Positions 11,501-23,500 of a stretch of DNA of 64,000 nucleotides are shown in pieces. This DNA is from Octopus sinensis (taxonomy: Eukaryota). Numbering within the stretch: position 1 is the stretch's first letter; each line of letters opens with the position of its first letter. Position numbers and translations under genes: made by a program. The notes under the pieces were generated by a model. That model was not told where the DNA came from and made no database searches. It saw only the letters and a program-made list of their open reading frames with translations. Location: positions 31,372,001 through 31,436,000 of the forward strand of contig NC_043015.1 in the NCBI RefSeq assembly GCF_006345805.1, read 5' to 3'.

Positions 11501-14500
11501 GGAGAGAGACGAGAGAGAGAGACCTTACATTAAGCTCATATATATATATATGAGTTTAATCAATCTCCGGGCATTGGTATACTCGCCTCGTACACTCGTT
11601 TAAATCCCGTTAAGTATAAAGAAAAAGAAAATAGATGGAAATTAAGTCTCGTCTCAGTATTTTTTCTATTGTTAAGCTTTTTGCATACGAAAATAAATGA
11701 AGTATGAAAAGTCTGGTGCTTTTTTTTCCCCATTTCCCCAAATTTTCTTTCTTTTTTTCTAATTTATCTCGTCTTTATAAATACCCTTTTGTTATTTTTT
11801 TATTAGGAATACTTGTTTTTTTTTTCTAATTTTCTCCCCCCGAAAAAAAATATATTTGTTGATTCATTTGAGCAAAAAAAAAAAGAAGAAAAAAATTAAA
11901 TTTCTGCCGAATTGTAATATATTTGTGTGTGTGAGTGTAGATTGTAGATTTCTTCTTCCTGTCGTGATGGAAGGTGTCGTCGTCGTCTCTGTCTCTTGTG
12001 TGTCTCTCTGAGCATATGCCAGATCATATGTAATGCCAGCTCTTCTCCTTCTTCATCTCCATCATCATCATCATCATCTCCCTGAGACATGGATGGCCGA
12101 CCGGTTTTTTTTCTCTCTCTTCCCCCCCACATAATGGACATCCATCCATATTCCTATAACTTTCCGCCGACTAATCTATCTATTATATAATTCCCCCCTC
12201 TGTCGCTCGCCTTCCCTCGTACTTTATACTGGGATATGGGGTATTTTAATTCATTTTTTCTTCGCTGTCTTTTAACCGGGGGGAGAAAATTTAGTCGGTG
12301 TGTGCAACATACATATCGGTGCAATGTACATATCGATGTCTATATTATGTATGCCTCGCACCACCGATGCCTGTGAGTGTGTGTATAAATAAATATATAT
12401 ATATATATGTGTATAGCTTAGTTGTGTATGTATATATATATATATATATTCGTTTGTCTTTACGCAATAGAATCTACAAGAAGTTTGCTACACTGGTATC
12501 CAGTGTGTAGTATATGTTCTAAACTCTGGTTACAGATGGCGGATTGTCTTCGACGAGGAGTGCCTTCGTCGCCGTGAGAGAGGGAGGGAGGGCGACTCTG
12601 TATTCCTAACATGGCAGGAAGAATGTGGGCGAAGATATTCGAACAATGTTGTTTTCTGTGTATGTTTTAGAAGCCGCATCGACGATTTTCGTAGCCAATA
12701 TGTCTTGGAACGAACCCGCCCGAGGGAATCAATCCTTCACCCCCCCCCATTTTTTTTTTTTTGCAACACATTAAATTCCGTTTCCTGGTGCTTTTAACTC
12801 GTTAAAAAATGCCGCTGGAGGAGTTTGGACTTTTTTGCTGCTTTCGATTTTCCCCCGATGAAAGGCAGAGAGAGAGAGAGAGTTGGACGACGAAAATACT
12901 TGTAATTTACTGAGGTAAAGCTCGTCTCTACAATGCCGACAGTGTCTCCCTTGCAATGTCGATGGATTCAGATGCAAAGTTCGGTTGTTGTTTGATATTG
13001 GACATCGGTGTTTGAAATGAACTTCCATTATCTCGTTCCTTTTTGTAACCCGCACCAGTGTAAAAGCATGTGAATAGATGTGAGAATTTTCTCTCCCATC
13101 CATCCTTTGTTATGTGCTGAGTGCGAGTGTGAGTGTTTCCCATTTTAATATATATTATATATATATATAAAATGAAAGTAAATGTATTTAATTCGGTAGG
13201 CAACTGTTTGGAACTTTTTCAGACACATTTACACACACACGCATGCATAAATGCGTGCGTGTGAGTGAGTGATGGGCAGTGACATCCATAATAACTATTT
13301 CGACGTTCCTTTTTGTATTTTTCAGGTCAATGGATGAAAATCTACAACAATCCGATAGTCGCGGCGCGAGTTGTGATCTAATAGAGGTATGTGTTAACTT
13401 AAAAAACTGAAAATTCCCGAGTCTCTTGACGCCTAACCAATTTAATTCATTTCGTAAAGTTTTTACTTCCAATTAAGAAAAAAATCATTTGAAGGGCACG
13501 TTTTCAACAGCCTGTTCAAAGATTTCTCGAATCACGTTTCTTTGTAATGTATTTTTGAAGTTTTCGCTTTCCTTTCTCTCTAACCTTGTTTTAACTCCAG
13601 TCGAGCAGCTTTTATCGAAGGCGTCCCTCTGATAATTAATTATTCAGTGTCGTTTATTAAGGGCCACATTGTCTTACGTATCCTTTTATTTATTTTTTTA
13701 AAAGATGGATGCTACCCGAGCGGGGGTTGCTATTTCGGTACTACTTCAATAGAGAGGTCCCGATGCATCTGCGTAGCGATATGAAAGGGGAGGGTTGATT
13801 TTAGGATTGGTTAGGGTTAAGGTGTCATTTACACGCCCGCACACACCTTACATTTAAAATGTTTTGTACGTAACAACCTTTATTTAAGGGACCATTGTAT
13901 TTAAGTAGTACCACTAGTTCTACCAGTTCGAGCTAGTCTTCGATGATCCGTTATAACACAAGTGATTGTAATTTTGTGGCTTGTTTTAGTGGTAACTCGG
14001 GCCATTTTCGGTCCCTTCTGGATTAAATTTGCACCGTACTTGGCTCTTCTCAGAAACTTTTGTTTTAAATCTATGGTGCTTAATTAGTAATCAAACGTAA
14101 TTTTAAACTTAATTCAGCCAAAGCTACTGTCTCTCTTAAAAAGAATACGACGTACTTAGTGAAACAGTTTTTAAAAGTAGTGTTCATACTTGATCATACA
14201 TCCATAGATTTGTTGTGGGGTGGGCAGTACCGGTACTGCTTAAGAATTTTTCATACAGATGTTCAGTTCAGGTTTTAACCTCATTAGTCTAAAATAGTCA
14301 ACAAAAGCCTCAGGTACTGCCGGTACTACTTAAGGAGTGGTCTCGGTGCGCGCATCCGCGCTAGCTAGTTGTGACTAGTCGATCCTACAACGACTACCTA
14401 GCAAAGTAAATAAAACAAAAAACGCAAAGTAAGGATCGACTAGTCACGACTAGCTTGCGCGAGTGCGCGCACCGGGACCACTCCTTCTTAAGTAGTACCA

Positions 14501-17500
14501 GCAGTACCTGAGGCTTTTGTTGACTATTTTAGACTAATGAGGTTAAAACCTGGACTGAACATCTGTATGAAAAATTTGGGCAGAGCAGTATTCAGAGTCT
14601 GGGCTAATGCTGTTAACACTGAATTCTGCTAAAAGATGTTCAAAGACCAAGTGAGTTTATTAAAACTACCATGCAGTAATTAGATGTTACTAACGATGCA
14701 ATCTTCATTAATTATGAAGTCTGGTTGGTCAATCTCTTCGTTGGCCCTCGCAAGCTTCATTGCACTACTTCCAAAACCCTCCTGAAATAAGGTGTATCCA
14801 TTCTTGGAGCACTACTCATATTGCAGAGTAGAAAAATTCAATGTTTAATCAGCCACATCAAATCCAATACATATATTTGTGAACTAAATATTACTCTTTT
14901 TTTTTTCTGAGTTAAATGTGTGACCATACTTGGGTTCATATGATTGGAAGCTAGTTATTTTTAATGCCCAAGCTAAGTAATATGTTATGAAGAGTTAGTT
15001 TTAAAAAAAAATTTTTTGTTATTTTTTACAGTAATAAATACCTTATATTCTTAAAAGTATGCTTACATTGAAGATTGTACTGCTCAATGTCTAAGTAGAG
15101 CAAGCAAAATTTTGTTCATAAGTGTTGATACAAAGTAATCAGAAAATAAAATTGACAATAATGAAACCTTTTTTGTTTTTATCTGACAAAAACAAGTTAT
15201 GATTACAAAGTACACATACAATACCAGCGTGATTTGCTCCACAGAATTGCGTAGGAAATATGGACTGAATTGTTTCTTTTTTCACTTCCTGAAAATTTTA
15301 AATGCTTTGTCTTAGCTTTTTGTGTGTGTGTGTGTGGCAGCATTGCTTATCTATGCCCCACTATAACAGACTGAAGAGTAAAACTGTGTGTATCATACAT
15401 AGAAAAAAAAATGGTTGTGAAAATCACATTGTTAACTTCACACCAGGTGTACTTGTATGACTTACACCTGTAAAGTTGAAAGGTTGCTCTCAAATCGTTT
15501 TGCTTCATTTAACATGCATGAAAGTTTTCTATGTATTTTTTATTATTTTTTTTATTGGTAATCTCACTAAACATTTCATAATACTAACAAAAATTTTTCC
15601 TTGGTATTTTCAATGCCCAAAATTTGTGGTACTTATTGTATATAGATAAATATAGTGACTGGTTTTGGTTATGGGATTGGTATATTGAGCAAGGCTTATT
15701 GAACAGAATTTCAGTCACTGCAAATCTCTATGATGCTCTGAGTGGGGTGGTTGGTCCCAGAATTGAAAGACCAGCAGGGTCCCTTGGTGAGTGAATAATG
15801 AACTAAAATTTGACCATTTCCAAATGTTGGGTTCATAGGAATTTTCAGTTTCAGTGAAGCCTCAAACCAAGAGAAAGAAAGGAAGCAAAAACTTGTGCTA
15901 CCATTCACAAAAAAAGATCTTTACAATTGAGAATTTTTTTAGTGCCTCAGATTAAATTAGATGCCAGATGTTGGGAGTTCGGCCAGATTTTGCATACTGG
16001 TGGTATTCATGAGGCAAAAGAAATGATGCAGCATTCTCATATTCAACCTGGGCCTCACCGCAAGATCATGAAGCTTGTGGGAGGAGGGAGATGCTGCAAT
16101 GTTATGTCATCTTTGACATGGACTCATTGCAAGATCAAATAAGTCAGCACAAGTGTTTGCCGTTAAAAAAGTATCAATCCTGTTCTTAGCTAATAATAGT
16201 AATTAGTGCTTATAACATGTTGATGTTGAGCAGTAGGTAAGTTCATGTGGTATGAGCTTAGCTTAGTAATAAATACAGCATCTCTGCATACAATGGTATG
16301 AAAGACTGTTGGTTATGATGTGGTGGTGGTGGGGGTATTTAGAAGTGGTCAGTGCCTTATTTGGTGTGATGCCTGGTGTTTGGCACTGTTTGTGTGTTTA
16401 ATCCATAACAATGGTGTACATATCTTGTTGGCAACATTGAATTAAGCACAATTGAAATGCTTTACAAAACAAGATTTATATTTAGCTCAAAAATGTTTTT
16501 AGGGTTGTTAAGATACAAACTATATTAGTATTGTTTTGTGTTTGTTTTTCAATTTTATTTTTAATGATAGTCGTTTATGAAAAAAATAGCTAGTTCGTGA
16601 CAATATAAAATACCCAAGTTATTTCTAGAAGCAAATATATATTTCCAACAGAAATTGCTGTCACAAAAGATGGGTGCAACAATTGTTTACCTAAATGATG
16701 ATGGTTTTGAGGTTCAAACCTTAATTTTATATTTTGATGTAATATAGAAGAATTTCGGTTGCAAGATTCCTTGTGAATTTATGTTGAAACAAATTTTATT
16801 GTGGAACTGAACTAGTGCATGTGTAGGTAATATTGACATAATGACCCTCCCTAGATACAGCAAAATGGAGGAATTTATTCCAGAGAAATTTAAAAAAAAA
16901 AATAAAATGCCTTCTGAATATTTCCTGTACTCAATGTAGAACATAAAATTTGATTACTTCCTAAAATCCTATGTTAGTAGTTAGGTTACTACTGTTCAAC
17001 TTAACATATTGCCTTTGCTAACTAGACTCAATATATCACTTAGTCATTGTTGGTAACCTATAAATTGGAGGCCACTCCTTTCTCTCTCCCTGAAGTTCGA
17101 TACTTTACATAGCAATTTACTAATTGCAGGGTTCTCAAATATATTTTCAAATGTAGAAGAAAGGTTCGATGATTTGAATGAGGTTAGGTAGAAACGTTTA
17201 GAATCATTAATCCAAATAAATTCCCTTGTTTCAGCAAGCCAACTTTTAGTTTTTAATTGCTTTTGTTTAGAATGATTCCTAAAGATTGATAAGTTTTGAT
17301 TACCTTTGCTGAGGTTCAGTAATATTTGATAGAATTGATTATCTCTCTCTATATATATAAACGGCAAAGTGTCTGTGTATGCGTGTCCTTTATACAAATC
17401 CACAATTTTTCAGTTAGAGGGCTCACACTTTCTATGGTCATTCAAAGCCATCCAAGGGTGGTCGTGCACATCTTTACATTTCCCCCAGTCACCCTGCAAA

Positions 17501-20500
17501 GCCATTAAAAAATCAATAGAAGTGACTTTTGTGAATTTTCTATCCAAAACCCAATCAAAATGCCTGAAACTTGATACGCCAATTGAATGCCAGCTAGCTG
17601 TATGTGATTGGTCGGAGATTTGGACAGTACTTGCGTGTATGTGCGCACGCACGCAGCTGTATATGCAGGCACTAGCACTATGGCCCGGTAACGCCGGGTC
17701 ATAGTGCTAGTTGTGACATATAACATGTGATAATTCCTTTTATTATTACTCAAGACATGGAGCTGTTAGCATGCTGAACAAAGAATACTTGGCATTTTGT
17801 TAGTCTTTGTTTTGAGCTCAAATTCTACAGAGTTTGACTTGGCCTTTCATCCTCCCGGAGTCAATAAGTACCAGTCAAGTTCTGGGAGAGGATGATGTAA
17901 TTGACTTCCCCCTCCTCGTTAACTGCAGGCCCTGTGCCAAAATTTGAAACCCCTATAAATACTCGTGTATTTTTGCAGAGCAATTGGGATGAAGTTGTTG
18001 AAACTTTTGATGATATGAACTTAAGAGAAGCCCTACTTCGTGGTATCTATGCTTATGGTTTTGAAAAGCCTTCACTTATTCAACAAAGAGCCATTGTTCC
18101 TTGTATTAGAGGTAAGTTCCGATTTTCCATAGTTTTTAGCTGTATTAGTTACAAAGAACTTCTAAAGTTCTTTCATGTTATCTGTTGTCTGAAAAATTAA
18201 AGATAAAAAGCTGAGATAGTTTTATACATGGATGTCTCAGTGTATTTTCATTTCAGTTGGTTTATATTTTTGAGTTTTAATCTAATAAAAATTTAAGATA
18301 TGTGAATGCCATCATGAATAGGACATTTGATCTCTGCTTATCTTTGGAACTGTTGCTTCCTTTCTATGGGAAGGAAAACGTCTTGCTTAAAAAAGATTTC
18401 ATACAACCATTATTCTTTGGGAGTATATCAGCTTGACCCAAATTTTACAAGAAACCAGATTAAATGAAATTCAAATTCAAGTAGTACTTTCTTTGACCCT
18501 TTACCATTCAGATTATTCTGTCAAATGTAATTCTTAACTCATATTGTTTTGAATTAAACATACATTATCATGTAGTTTCAAGATTTTGATGATATTATTA
18601 TTTATTTTTAAGAATGACATAGGTTTGATATGAGAGGCTGGATCTGGCCAATTTGAATATAAAACAGTATATTTCAGCCAGATATGGTTGGTTTAAACGC
18701 TAATGGCTTAAATCTCCCAGTCCTATTGGGAATCAGAGATTTTGATGAAATGCAGTTCAGTTTAAAAATCATGAAACTATAACTATTGCATGAATTTTGA
18801 TACCATGATGATTGGTGCTCTATTACTTTCACCTGGCCAGGTAGATTGAATAATGGTAAGTTAATTACACAGGTGTTTTCGCATGTTTAATATATGTTGA
18901 ATCCTGGGCATCAATTTCCAGACTCGGAGTTTAGTGCCTGTACCTTTGGAAGCTGTGCAACTATCAGTAAAAGCATTGTGCAGTATGCCCTGTATCTCTT
19001 CCATTTCTGCAATGTGGGTGGCATTGCTCTGTTGGTACTCATACTTTGTGATCTCTATACTACCCTGTCCAAATGTCTTTCAGAAAAGAAATTGTTTAAA
19101 AAATAAAAAGAAAAGCTCACTTGCATGCTTTAAAGGGTTCACAATGACTGACAACATTGGTGCAACGATCAATTACATAACCCCACCCGTGTTCAGAATT
19201 GATAAATCTTGATAGCTATTGTGTGTTGATGACACTGAAATATCATTTATCTAATATCCATTTCTGTTTGCTTGCATGGGTCAGGCAATCTGTCTGACCC
19301 ATGCAAACCTATGGATTTGAAAGCCTTTCAATGTCACCAACTGTCATCTGTTTCCAAGTAAGGTAATACCCCCCCGTGGCTGGACATATTTTCACAGTTT
19401 TGAAATGAAGTGCATCATTCATATCAGTGATGCTCATTTACAACAATCATATGATGTCAACGCTAGGGGCCTATAGCTTCTTTTTGTTTCTGTCTATCAA
19501 ATCCACTCACAAGGCTCAAGACTAGTAGAAATTCTCTGAGTCCATGATCTCTTTCTCTAATTTAATCATTAATAAATATTGATGAATTGTCTTCCCTGAT
19601 GCTCAAAAGTCAAGGAAAATCTCAAGAAATGCATTTGATAAAGCTATAAAAAAAAGTGCACATTGTACTAAAATGAGACTAAATTTGGTTTCTCACACAG
19701 AGGAACACTTAGTTTCTTTTTTTCTTTCTTTTTAAGCCTCAGACAACAACACTAGCTTGAACTGCGTTTGTGGTACTGGTCTGAGTTATTGAAAAATTTA
19801 ATATATTGCCATACCAACTTTGAGATAGTTTTGAATATATAGCAATTTAATGTGTCACCTTACCTAGTTTATTACACATAGGCCATCTGTTGTATAACTA
19901 TTTTAACTTTATATACAGGAAGTCTATTGATTCAACTGTCAATATAGATGGACTAGGTTTATAATAATCAATTTAACCGTTGGGGGCTAATATCAGTATT
20001 AATCCTCTTATAATAGGATTAAGTCATAAGTGTGCTTTATTAGCTCAATACTTTAATATAAGCTGTGTTGATCAACTAATATAGAAATTTGATCTTAACC
20101 ACAGTTGTTTGCTTGTTCGTAATTTGATTTAAAAAATGAAATGGTTAAAGTGAAATTCTAAAACCTGTTACTGTCTTTAGGAATCGTCATAGAGCAGAGA
20201 CATGCATTTGTGTGTGAGCTGCCGTTAACCTTCAAGATGTAGATTGCCGTTGTATAGAAAGGTGATACACATTTTTTCTCATTAGATGTGTTTTCAATGA
20301 AATGGCTGGTTAGAAATGATAAAGCCTTCTCAAAAGCTTCATTTATGAATCAAAGGTGCTAACTAGTGATAGGCCCAATTTTAAGCCTATCAATGTAGTC
20401 GTGTGTACTGTCCCTTCTTTGCTGAGATCAGGTTGTTCAAAATAAAATATGACCTGTCTCTATTTGACATCTATTTCTGACAGGGTAGTTTTATCAACGG

Positions 20501-23500
20501 GTGTAGCTATTTTCTTAACCAGATGATGCCTTCTTCCTAACATTAAGCACTCGACTATGAAGTGTGAGTGGTGCCTGTGAAAAATTGTCATGACAGTCTT
20601 GAGTGACTTCAAGAGAACACAAATTACACTAGCAAAATTTGAACCAGGATCATGCTGTCAGTTGTAACTGACCACGTGATCCCTACTTCATGTAACCCTG
20701 TAGCATTTAAACTGGCCATAATAGTCTTGTTTTATGTTCAAACTGGCCAGATCTGGTCCCTTGTATCAACCCTAGAATGTCCTTTAAAAAAGAGAAAAAG
20801 AGACACACCCCATCAAAATCTCAGAGCTACAAGATAATGCATGATTAGTTTAAAATTGTGAATAAATATTACATTTAACAGAGTTATCTGACTTCTAAAA
20901 GGTTAAATTGTAAATTGAGTGAAGCTGATAATTGAGACATTAGAATGTATTTCGTGTAATATTTTTGGGTTAATATGGAGTCCAGTGAAATGATGTGCAT
21001 GTAGACATGTTACACCATTTGAAATAGAATTTGTTTTTAATAATGTTTTTTTTCCCAATGTATTCAAAAATTAAACTTGTTACCACATGAAAGTATTTAC
21101 TGATTAATTATTTCTTACTCAGTTATGACAATTAGTTAAAATTTGTATACGTGTCCAGTGATTGTGTTGATTAATTATATATTGTATGTTTGTATTCCTC
21201 TCTACCTCAGGACTAGATGTAATTGCACAGGCCCAATCAGGTACTGGCAAAACAGCAACCTTTTCTATTGCACTTCTGCAGAAACTTGATATTTGTACGA
21301 AAGAATGTCAAGCCCTTGTGCTCGCCCCAACAAGAGAATTGGCTCAGCAGGTAGAGTTCTTTTCTTTGTATATAAAAGAAACTATATTTACTTTTTACGA
21401 GATAAAATTTGGATATTTACTTAGAGATGTTTTTTTACTTATGGATGTTGACCTTATTTACCCATAGAATAAGCTACAGACACCTTGAACTAAGTACAGT
21501 TGCTTTGTCCAGGGACATGATACAATGGGTGTAGTAATATTGGAACTGATGTCCAGCACCTGAACTTCAAGCATATTGTGCCATATATCTCTTTGTGAAG
21601 TCCAATCAGATCTATCCATTTTTATAGTATCATGTTTGGAGTGTTGATCTTTCTTTTCTAACAAGCTGGCTTGATTCTCAAAATTGAAGTGCATTCAGTA
21701 CATTTAATATTGAGATTATGTTCTGCATTGTTATGTCTCATTTTAAAAGCTTGGATTTGGCAAAGGAGCATCATTTCTATGTCTGCTTTCACATGCTGAC
21801 ATGGATTGCATAAGTTATCAGCACACTCTTTCTCCACATGTAGTCCTTCGTTGTCTCCTTTGCAAAATTCAGCATCTTTTGGCCAGCTTTCATCATTTCA
21901 AACTTCTTTCCCAACCGCATCACATTCACATACCAATCCTGTTTCTGGCACCCAACAGTAAATAACTCTCATGAGTTTTTTTGCCTTCCTTTCTAAGCAT
22001 CCTTGTTTGTCGAGAGACACCTTTACACATCTATTAGTGTGCTTGTCCCATGTTGCTATCAGCCAACTTCACACATTGTGCACGAGCATCATATAGCCCA
22101 CTCTCTTTTCGAAGGGAGAAATCTTTTGCTTTCAATCTATTACATATGAAGGACTTCTTTGTCAGTTTATCTGAAATCCCATTGCATCATTTAAGCCAAT
22201 TTTTTTGCACTGGTGTTATATTATAAGGTTTTACTTACTCCCTTTCTGTATTTTGAGCAAGGCCTCTTCACTGCTGTTAACCCTTTTGTTACTGTATTTA
22301 GTTTGAGATGCTCTGTGTTTCTTTCATTTAACTTAGTTATCATTAAGCTGGTGTTAGGAACATAAATTGTGACTAAGGTTTGGTGGAAGAATTTAATTCA
22401 AAACTTATGTAAACAAGACATTTGTACTACAGAGCCAGAAGCAGTTTCAGCCGGGTTGGTATCAAAAGGGTTAACGTTCTAGCTGGTTTCTGCCTGTTAG
22501 TTTCCATAGGCGCTAAACTGAGCTGCAGCTTTTAGTTCTTGACTCTGCTTCCATAATTGAGTCTTTTTTAATTGCTAGTGTAAGAATTCTTATGGATGCC
22601 TAGTCTTATACTATTCTGTTACACTTCAGAGTGGTCTATAATACATACCAGTGCCATGTAAAAAGCACCCAGTACATTCTGTAGAGTGGTTGGCATTAGG
22701 AAGGGCGTCCAGCTGTAAAAACCATGCTAAAACAGGTAATTGGCGCCTGAGCAGCTGCCAGCTTGCAAAACAGACTTTAAATGGAGTGAAAATTGAAGTC
22801 TTGTCCTAATTGCATAGTTGAGCTTATCAAGAATTCTTTGCTCTGTAATTGCCCCACCCCCCAACACTGAGGAGGAAAAGTCCCTCACTTGGGTTGTGAG
22901 TAATTTGCATTACTGACAGATAACCAGTACATACCTTGAATGTGTCATAAGAAGCCATTCCTCTACCTATAGCTAACCACCATACTGTAGAGTTTGCTTA
23001 GCTAAAAACCATTATACCTGATAATGTTTTTGATAAAAACTTTTCTTGTGGTTTACTCTCTTAGGTGAGGATGCCAAAAACCTATTGAGTATAAGGTATA
23101 ATCGCTTTTAGCTAAAATCTTTCCTTGTGGTGTCAGTGGTTCCACATCCTGGCAGAAACCCAAACCCAGTTCATTCATTTAAGCCAATTCTCTGTTTAGC
23201 TTTACTGCAACTGTGGCCACTTTCATAATTCTTTGCATTTAATGAATGTCTTTAGTTCCTTCTATATCTCCTTTGTAACAGTGCAAAAGAATGCTGCCAC
23301 ACTAGTCATTGGGGCAATACCTCCCTGCAACTAATCAGTACATCTTATCTTGCCTGATGTTTTCAGACCAAGTACAACTGTTCACTGACGGTCCAACTGC
23401 TCTTCATTGGCCTTTTCTATTGCATAAGTCAGCCTCAATTGTTACTCCCTCTGCTCAGTTCACTGTCGTCTTATCTCCCTTCCCCAGATATTCTCTTTCA

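Noticed and set aside
20984-21030. AGTGAAATGATG resembling my recollection of the SNORD2 5' end
   Set aside because: No matching antisense element or D box follows.
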